Of a DNA stretch of 25,748 bases, positions 19,821 through 25,748 are shown piece after piece. The stretch spans positions 1 to 25,748 of the forward strand of contig CAYRPP010000001.1 in NCBI GenBank assembly GCA_964426115.1, written 5' to 3'. A program made the translations under genes and the position numbers. Numbering within the stretch: the stretch's first letter is position 1; every line of letters starts with the position of its first letter. The DNA comes from an uncultured Lentisphaerales bacterium (lineage in GTDB: Bacteria > Verrucomicrobiota > Kiritimatiellia > RFP12 > JAAYLN01). The notes beneath the pieces are model-generated. The model was not told the DNA's origin. It searched no databases and saw only the letters and a list, made by a program, of their open reading frames with translations.

Positions 19821-20723
19821 ATGCATCCAGTGAAGCGCAGTTCGACAGCAGACACCGCCGGCGCCGTGCCGGACGCCCCCGCCGCCTCCGCCGCGGCGCG
19901 CCTCGGCTGGCACCACCTGCTCCTCGACGTGCCCGTGGATTCCGAGGTGCTCGCCTACCAGGCGGATCCCCGCAAGGGACGCCTGATCCTCGGCGACCGC
20001 CACGGCGAGACGCTGCAGATCTTCTGGCGGGTGACCCGCCGCACGCCGGATCCGCTGCTCGGGCTCGAGCGCGTCGTCCGCGCCTTGACGGGCGACGGGG
20101 CGCGCGAGACCATTTTCACGATCAACGGCTGGCACGCCTGCCTGCCGGAACGGGACGATCTGCCGGGGCTTGCCTGCCGCTACGAGGCCCGCGGCGGGGC
20201 GCTGCTGTACGCCGTCTTCCCGCGCCGCGCCCGCCCGCGCCCGGAGCTCGCGATGCTCGAATCGTACAGTCCGAACGACGGCGAGGAGCGCGTCTGGGCG
20301 GCGTTCGGACTCGATGTGACCTTGCCGGCCGCCTTCGCCCCGGCGGTCGTCCGCCCATATCCGCTGGTCCAGAGAATCCGCTTCGAGAATCCGCGCGGCG
20401 AATCGGTCACCCTCTGCCGCCGCTCGCTTATGAGCTATCTGCCCGACGGGGACGACCTGGCCGTCCTCTACGCGCGCAACACGGAGCACAAGCGCCCGGT
20501 GAGCCGCACGGGAACCTTCCTGCACGACACCATCCACCCTGGCGTCACGCTGGCATACACCACCCGCGGCAAGGGCGGGCTGGAGGGCCTGATCGCGCCG
20601 ACGTGGCAGGGCCGCGTCTGGGCGTGGCGCTGTCCCGGAACGGACCGCGCGTACTGGATCGACCATAACGCGCCGGAAAAGCATCTGCTCCCGGATCTGC
20701 CGGAACGCGTACGCTGCCTATGA
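19821..20723 (+). CDS. Hypothetical cytoplasmic protein with two internally repeated domains (possibly PsbP/DcrB-like)
   Basis: GC3-rich ORF filling the gap between ATPase 2 and the PqqD gene, with its stop overlapping the next ATG. No TM segment or signal peptide. Start is ATG 19821 or GTG 19830. Confidence 0.65.
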   Translation: MHPVKRSSTADTAGAVPDAPAASAAARLGWHHLLLDVPVDSEVLAYQADPRKGRLILGDRHGETLQIFWRVTRRTPDPLLGLERVVRALTGDGARETIFTINGWHACLPERDDLPGLACRYEARGGALLYAVFPRRARPRPELAMLESYSPNDGEERVWAAFGLDVTLPAAFAPAVVRPYPLVQRIRFENPRGESVTLCRRSLMSYLPDGDDLAVLYARNTEHKRPVSRTGTFLHDTIHPGVTLAYTTRGKGGLEGLIAPTWQGRVWAWRCPGTDRAYWIDHNAPEKHLLPDLPERVRCL

Positions 20724-21247
20724 AGACCGACCGGCAACAGATCGTGACCGCGGCCATCCAGACCGCCATGGGCGACCGCGCGGAAGACGGGGAACCTTCC
20801 CGGCGCATGGAGGATCTGATCGACTGGCAGATGCGCTCCCTCGTGCTGCGCGCGCCGTCGGCCGTCTTCTCCCTCCGCCCGGACGGAGCGACGGTCGTCG
20901 TCCCGATCGCCTACCGTGGATGGAGAAGCCTGGCGCGCTGTCTGTTCCGACTGCGGCGCGAGCACCGCTACGCCCTCGACCGGCTCTCCGCCGAAGCGGT
21001 TGAGCTCTTCGACGGCCGCCGCACGGTTGGCGCGGTTGTCGGCGAGTTTGGTACGCGGCATCACCTGACGTTTTTCGAGGCCCGCGGCGCCCTGCTCGGG
21101 TTCCTGCATCCGCTGCTGCGGAAAGGAATTCTCCTGCTGGTCGCGCCGCGCGAGGGGTCACGGGGCGGCGGTGCCGCCCCGAACCAGGCCGGTGGAGAGC
21201 CGTTGACGGAGAGCGCACCGCGGTGCGCGGAAAAGGAAACCAGATGA
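20720..21247 (+). CDS. Stand-alone PqqD-family / RiPP recognition element (RRE)-like protein
   Basis: ATGA overlaps at both ends. PqqD-type segment YALDRLSAEAVELFDGRRTVGAVV....LTFFEARGALLGFLHPLLRKGIL. Confidence 0.75.
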   Translation: MKTDRQQIVTAAIQTAMGDRAEDGEPSRRMEDLIDWQMRSLVLRAPSAVFSLRPDGATVVVPIAYRGWRSLARCLFRLRREHRYALDRLSAEAVELFDGRRTVGAVVGEFGTRHHLTFFEARGALLGFLHPLLRKGILLLVAPREGSRGGGAAPNQAGGEPLTESAPRCAEKETR

Positions 21248-22248
21248 GCACGTATCGAGTCGGGATTATGGGGCTGGGCATCGGCAAACGATGGGCGGAG
21301 GTCGTCGCCAGTCACAAGGCCTCCACCCTGGTAACGATTTACGACCCGCTGCGGGAACGCGCCGCGGCCGCGGCGGAGGAGTTCCACGCGCGCGCGGCCC
21401 GCTCAGAGGACGACTTCTTCGGAACGGAGCTGGGCGTCGTGATCATTGCGACGCCTGATCATCTGCACCTGCCGCACACCCTGCGCGCGCTGGCCGCCGG
21501 ATGTCATGTGGTCTGCGAGAAACCCATGGCACCCACCGTGCGGGAGTGCCGGAAGATTGTCGCGGCCGTGAAGCGCCATCGCCGCCGTTTCATGGTCGGA
21601 CAGGTGTGCCGCTTCACGCCTGCCTTTCAACTGGCCAAGGAGATCCTGGAGAGCGGCGAAATCGGCGAACTGGCCTTTATCGAGAGCGAATACTATCACG
21701 ACTATACCCATGTCGCCGGGGTGGGCAACTGGCGCAAGTCCGCGCGCATCCGGCGGGAGGGGTTTGTCGGCGGCGGCTGCCACGCGCTCGATCTCATCCG
21801 GTGGCTGGCGGGAGAGCCGTCGGAAGTCTGCTGCTACATGAACCACAAGCTCTTGCCCGACTGGCCGACCAACGACACGGGTGTGGCCATCTTCCGTCTG
21901 CCGGGCGGCGTGATCGGCAAGGTCTTCGTCTCCATCGGCGCCAAGGCGGGCTACTCCATGCGCACGGTGCTGCACGGGACGAAAGGCTCGGTGGTGTGCG
22001 ACAACACTTCCGAATCCATCCGGCTCTTCAGTCGGCGTTTGCGGAACGTGGCCGGCGGTATGACTCTGCCGGTCCGCATCCAGAACCACAACATCGCGAG
22101 CGAATGGGAGGCTTTCGTCGCCAGCCTGGAGTCCGGCAAACCGCCGTTGACCGACGAGCACGAGGGCCTGCGCACGGTGGCGTTCGCCGAGGCCGCGCTG
22201 AAGAGCGCCCGCCTGAACCGGCCCGTTAAATTGTCTGCCGGCGCTTGA
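21244..22248 (+). CDS. Gfo/Idh/MocA-family NAD(P)-dependent oxidoreductase
   Basis: ATGA overlap at 21244 with RBS AAGGA. RVGIMGLG, IATPDHLH, CEKPMA, GGGCHALD. Confidence 0.92.
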   Translation: MSTYRVGIMGLGIGKRWAEVVASHKASTLVTIYDPLRERAAAAAEEFHARAARSEDDFFGTELGVVIIATPDHLHLPHTLRALAAGCHVVCEKPMAPTVRECRKIVAAVKRHRRRFMVGQVCRFTPAFQLAKEILESGEIGELAFIESEYYHDYTHVAGVGNWRKSARIRREGFVGGGCHALDLIRWLAGEPSEVCCYMNHKLLPDWPTNDTGVAIFRLPGGVIGKVFVSIGAKAGYSMRTVLHGTKGSVVCDNTSESIRLFSRRLRNVAGGMTLPVRIQNHNIASEWEAFVASLESGKPPLTDEHEGLRTVAFAEAALKSARLNRPVKLSAGA

Positions 22249-22285
22249 ACCGCCGCGGATCCGGAATGTCGAGACGAAGGAGACG

Positions 22286-23485
22286 ATGTACATGAACCCG
22301 CAGAACCCAGGCAAGAGCTACCCCGTGGAGCCGGTCGTCAAGCGCGGCGCGCTGCCAGATCCGTTTGCCCTTCCGGACGGCACGCGTGTCGCCACGCGCG
22401 AAGCCTGGCCGGAACGCGCGCGCGCGTGGCGCGACATGGTCATTGGCATGGAATTCGGCGGGATGCCGCCGGAACCCGTGGCGGTCGAGGCGGAAACGCT
22501 CTGCCAGGCCAGTGTCTCGCGCTGGCCGGGAGCGCCGCGGCTCTGGACCTACCGCGTGCATTGCCGCGGGGGCGCGCAGCCTTTCGCTTTCTGCGTCCGG
22601 ATCCTCTTCCCGGCCGGCGCCGGACCGTTTCCCGCCATCATCAACGGCGACGCCTGCTGGTGGTATCTCTCCGAGGAGGTGGCACGGCGCGTGGTTGAGA
22701 GCGGGTGCGCGCTGGTGATCTTCAATCGCACGGAGATGGCCAAGGATCTGGGCAAGAAGGATCCCGACGTCAACACACGCCGCGGCGGCCTGTACGACGT
22801 GTACCCCGGCGGGACCTTCGGGGCGCTGTCGGCATGGGCCTGGGGTTACCACCGCTGCGTCGACCTCCTGAGCGGGCTGCCGTTCATCGACCGCGGCCGC
22901 ATCGCGGTGACCGGCCACTCCCGCGGCGGAAAGACGACGCTCCTGGCGGGCCTGAGCGACGACCGCATCGCGCTGGTCAACGACAACGCCGCCTGCGCCG
23001 GCGGGAGCCCCGTCTACCGCTACGTCGGCCATGACGGGGAAACGCTCAACATCATCAATGTCTTCCCCTCCTGGTTCGGCACGGGACTGCAGCCCTTCCT
23101 CGGCAAGGAGGACGAGATCCCGTTCGACCAGCACTGCCTGCTGGCCGCCCTCGCGCCGCGCCTGCTGCTCCTGACCTACGCCATGGACGACCGCTGGTCG
23201 AATCCCGAGGGGATGGTCCAGAGCGCCTGGGCGGCCGGCGAGGTATACCGGTTCCTCGGCTGCCCCGACAATCTCGCGTTCCACCTCCGGCCGGGCGAGC
23301 ATGCGCACGCCCCGGACGACTGGGAGGTGCTGCTCGACTTCATCGGCTGGAAATGGCAGGGCAGGGAACCGAAGGCCGCCTACAACGTCCACCCCTACGC
23401 CCACCTGCAACGCGCCTTCGCGTGGCAGGCGCCGAAAGCCGTCGCGCGGGGACGGATCCAGCGGGCGACCGCGGCGGCCCTGTAG
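22286..23485 (+). CDS. Carbohydrate esterase family 15 (glucuronoyl esterase-like), no signal peptide
   Basis: RBS AAGGAG at 22277-22282. GALSAWAWGYHRCVD, nucleophile motif VTGHSRGGKT, PFDQHCLLAALAPR, DRWSNPEG, GEHAH. Confidence 0.85.
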   Translation: MYMNPQNPGKSYPVEPVVKRGALPDPFALPDGTRVATREAWPERARAWRDMVIGMEFGGMPPEPVAVEAETLCQASVSRWPGAPRLWTYRVHCRGGAQPFAFCVRILFPAGAGPFPAIINGDACWWYLSEEVARRVVESGCALVIFNRTEMAKDLGKKDPDVNTRRGGLYDVYPGGTFGALSAWAWGYHRCVDLLSGLPFIDRGRIAVTGHSRGGKTTLLAGLSDDRIALVNDNAACAGGSPVYRYVGHDGETLNIINVFPSWFGTGLQPFLGKEDEIPFDQHCLLAALAPRLLLLTYAMDDRWSNPEGMVQSAWAAGEVYRFLGCPDNLAFHLRPGEHAHAPDDWEVLLDFIGWKWQGREPKAAYNVHPYAHLQRAFAWQAPKAVARGRIQRATAAAL

Positions 23486-24516
23486 AGCGCCTCCATCACC
23501 GTGCTGCGGGCGGCCGCCTCGCGCGGGGTCACCAGCGACAGCGGCAGCGTCTTGCCGGCCAGGGCGTCGAGGAAGAGGTCGAAGGCGTGCGGCGCGGCCG
23601 CGGGCAGGCTGGTCCACGGCTGCTGGCCGTCCGCGCCGGCGACGTGCCGGCTCCGGAAGAAGAGGTTCCCGTTGATGACGGCGGCATGCCCTTCGGTGCC
23701 GCTGATCAGGAGCTGCACCGGATTGGCCACGTCGACCCAGCCGGCGGCCAGGGTGGCGCAGACGCCGCCCGGGAAGCGCAGCAGGCCCTCGCCGCTCTCG
23801 TCGCAGGAGCCGTAGCGTCCCGTCACGGTGCGGATGGAGGCCGTCACGCGCTCGACCGCGTCGCCGAAGAGCCACATCAGGATATCGAGCGAATGGGTGC
23901 CGAGGTCGCCGAAGGCGCCGCAGCCGGCCACGGCGGGATCGGCCATCCAGCGCCACTCGGTATCGAACCAGCCCGCGAGCGAGCCTTCGTGGCAGTTGCT
24001 GTGGCGCGCGCGCGTCACCTGTCCGAGCCAGCCCTTGGCCAGGGCGTCCTTCAGAAACTGGTGGATCGGCGAGGAGCGCATGAAGTAGCCGGTCTGGAAC
24101 CGCACGCCGGCCTTCTCGATCGCCCGGCACATGCGCAGCGCGTCGGCGCCCGCGAAGCCCAGTGGCTTCTCGACGAAGAGATGCTTGCCGGCGGCGGCGG
24201 CGGGGAGCACCAGGCCGGCATGCCGGTCGGTCTCCGCGCAGACGACCACGGCCTGCACCTGCGGGTCGCGCCAGAGGTCCGCCGCATCGGCGACGACCGG
24301 CGCGCCGCCCAGGGCGGCCGCGGTGCGGGCGGCGCGGTCGGCATCGTGGTCCCAGACGGCGACGACGCGCGCGTCGTCGCGGGCGAGGACGCGCTTGACG
24401 AAGCCCGGCGTGTGGATGTGGGCGCACCCGGCAAAGGCCAGCCCGGTCGGTCGGCCGCCGGCCAGATCGCGTGCGCGGATTGGGTTTGGTTGTGTGTTCA
24501 TGGGGTCATGATCCAT
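23395..24516 (-). CDS. Gfo/Idh/MocA-family NAD(P)-dependent oxidoreductase
   Basis: LAFAGCAHIH, VCAETDRH, FVEKPLG, GDLGTHSLD. Start is ATG 24516 (preceded by GGAAGAG) or ATG 24501. Confidence 0.9.
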   Translation of the reverse strand: MDHDPMNTQPNPIRARDLAGGRPTGLAFAGCAHIHTPGFVKRVLARDDARVVAVWDHDADRAARTAAALGGAPVVADAADLWRDPQVQAVVVCAETDRHAGLVLPAAAAGKHLFVEKPLGFAGADALRMCRAIEKAGVRFQTGYFMRSSPIHQFLKDALAKGWLGQVTRARHSNCHEGSLAGWFDTEWRWMADPAVAGCGAFGDLGTHSLDILMWLFGDAVERVTASIRTVTGRYGSCDESGEGLLRFPGGVCATLAAGWVDVANPVQLLISGTEGHAAVINGNLFFRSRHVAGADGQQPWTSLPAAAPHAFDLFLDALAGKTLPLSLVTPREAAARSTVMEALYRAAAVARWIRPRATAFGACHAKARCRWA

Positions 24517-24534
24517 TATGCTCTTCCGAGAGAA

Positions 24535-24563
24535 AAGGTAGCACGCCCGCCCGCGCCATTCAA
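24535..24563 (-). promoter_or_regulatory. Putative sigma70 promoter for the minus-strand Gfo/Idh/MocA gene
   Basis: The minus strand reads TTGAAT-N17-TACCTT with TGc immediately before the -10, 18 nt upstream of ATG 24516. Confidence 0.65.
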
Positions 24564-24649
24564 GCTCACGTGACAATATCTTGCGGTTGACGATTACGGC
24601 GACAGGTTGCTTAGCGAACTCTCGCAGTTTTTGGTGGCGCGCAAGCCGG

Positions 24650-24678
24650 TTGACGGGCTTTCAGGTGTGTGAGATATT
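24650..24678 (+). promoter_or_regulatory. Putative sigma70 promoter for the sORF/radical SAM transcript
   Basis: TTGACG (24650-24655), 17 nt, then GATATT (24673-24678; imperfect -10). Followed by RBS GAGG at 24689-24692. Confidence 0.45.
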
Positions 24679-24698
24679 GATAGACCACGAGGTTGAAC

Positions 24699-24764
24699 AT
24701 GGGTTTTGAGGACATCGACTACGATCCGAGCTTAGGCTACACCAAGCAACTCTTCCGCATGTAG
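24699..24764 (+). CDS. Candidate 21-aa small ORF MGFEDIDYDPSLGYTKQLFRM
   Basis: GAGG RBS 6 nt upstream and a promoter-like element further upstream. 14 of 19 internal non-Met codons end in G/C despite the AT-richer surroundings. Ends at TAG 24762-24764. Confidence 0.45.
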   Translation: MGFEDIDYDPSLGYTKQLFRM

Positions 24765-24806
24765 GCGCCGGATATCACCATGGGGCGCATCGACCGAGGA
24801 AAATTA

Positions 24807-25748
24807 GTGCATCAAGACGACGGGAATGCGTGCCGGCTCTGTCCGCGCCGCTGCGGTGTTGATCGCGCGGGAGGGGAACGGGGCTATTGCGGGGCGGGCG
24901 CCGTGGCGCGCGTCTTCCGTCACGGACCGCATTTCGGCGAGGAGCCGCCGATCTCGGGGACACGCGGCTCCGGAACCGTCTTCTTCTCGCACTGCACGCT
25001 GCGCTGCATCTATTGCCAGAACTTTCCCTGGAGCCAGGAGCACCGCGGCGAGGAAATGTCCGTCGACCGGCTGCGGGCGATCCTCGCCGGACTGGCGGAA
25101 CAGGGTTGCCACAACTGGAACCTGGTCTCGCCGACCCCGTGGCTGCCGGTGATCCGTGCGGCGGCGGCGCCCCTTATTGCGCGTGACAGTCGTCTGCCGT
25201 TCGTCTACAATACCAGCGGTTTTGAATCGCTGGAGACTCTGGCCGCCTACCGCGACCTGGCGGACATCGCTTTGACGGATCTGCGCTACGCGCGGCCGGA
25301 GACGGCAGCGGAGGCCTCGGACGCAGGCGGATATGTCGAGGCCGCGCGCGCGGCTCTGGAGTGGTTCTGGCGGGAGCTGGGGCCCTTGCAGGTGGATGAC
25401 GACGGCATCGCGCGGCGCGGGACGATCTGTCGTCTGCTGGTGCTGCCCGGCCATGCGGACGAGGCGGTCGAAAACCTGGCGTGGATCAGGCGCCATATCG
25501 GCACGGAACTGCACATCAGCCTGATGTCGCAGTACACGCCGGTCTTCCGGGCCGCTGGGCGGCCCGGATGGAACCGGCGGGTTACGGCGGAAGAGTACCG
25601 TCGGGTGACGGATGCCGCCGAGTCGATGGGGTTTGAGAACGGATGGATCCAGCCGCCTGTAGCGGCGGTCGACACGAAACTGTTGGGATGCGAGATGCCG
25701 GCGGGCGAAGGCGCCGCCGGAGAAGAGGGAACGGAACATGAGCGGTCA
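24807..25748 (+). CDS. pflX: PflX-family radical SAM protein (3'-truncated by the window; absent from the ORF track)
   Basis: Translates as ...CRLCPRRCGVDR...GYC...HFGEEPPISGTRGSGTVFFSHCTLRCIYCQN (CxxxCxxC)...HNWNLVSPT...VYNTSGFES...DLRY...RLLVLPG...SLMSQYTP...GFENGWIQ. GTG 24807 follows GAGGA; alternative start ATG 24780. No stop before the window end. Confidence 0.88.
   Translation, partial: MHQDDGNACRLCPRRCGVDRAGGERGYCGAGAVARVFRHGPHFGEEPPISGTRGSGTVFFSHCTLRCIYCQNFPWSQEHRGEEMSVDRLRAILAGLAEQGCHNWNLVSPTPWLPVIRAAAAPLIARDSRLPFVYNTSGFESLETLAAYRDLADIALTDLRYARPETAAEASDAGGYVEAARAALEWFWRELGPLQVDDDGIARRGTICRLLVLPGHADEAVENLAWIRRHIGTELHISLMSQYTPVFRAAGRPGWNRRVTAEEYRRVTDAAESMGFENGWIQPPVAAVDTKLLGCEMPAGEGAAGEEGTEHERS
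25738..25748 (+). other. Possible start of the next downstream gene, overlapping the radical SAM 3' end
   Basis: GAGGG then ATG at 25738 (ATG AGC GGT CA...); only 11 nt visible. Confidence 0.25.

Noticed and set aside
20720-25748. PqqD plus radical SAM as a PQQ or classical RiPP biosynthetic cluster
   Set aside because: No pqqB/C/E. The radical SAM protein is PflX-type without a SPASM domain and is in a separate transcription unit. Kept only as a low-probability option in the sORF finding.

Overview
High-GC bacterial window (PVC-superphylum-like gene content, inferred) with 17 supportable long CDSs and no RNA genes, mobile elements or CRISPR. It opens with a 5'-truncated putative glycoside-hydrolase-like gene and a secreted DUF4838-type protein with a GH2-like sugar-binding C-terminus. 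A sigma70-like promoter then heads a ~19.7 kb co-oriented run (3772-23485). Carbohydrate enzymes (SGNH esterase, six-hairpin glycosidase-like protein, GH4, Gfo/Idh/MocA, CE15) flank an 8-gene core at 7137-21247. The core encodes two different OPT-superfamily-like membrane proteins, two different FtsX/MacB (type VII ABC) permeases, two different LolD/MacB-type ATPases, a cytoplasmic protein with an internal duplication and a stand-alone PqqD/RRE protein. One permease is a 1808-aa giant whose ectodomain is an M28-fold pseudo-peptidase lacking its metal ligands. This core is the best candidate for an undescribed system, possibly an ATP-driven receptor/importer for oligosaccharides or glycopeptides. 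The window ends with a convergent Gfo/Idh/MocA gene, divergent promoters, a 21-aa sORF and a PflX-type radical SAM gene that the ORF track misses because it runs off the window. The sORF is in frame with the radical SAM gene across a single TAG. All family assignments come from motif recognition, not database searches.
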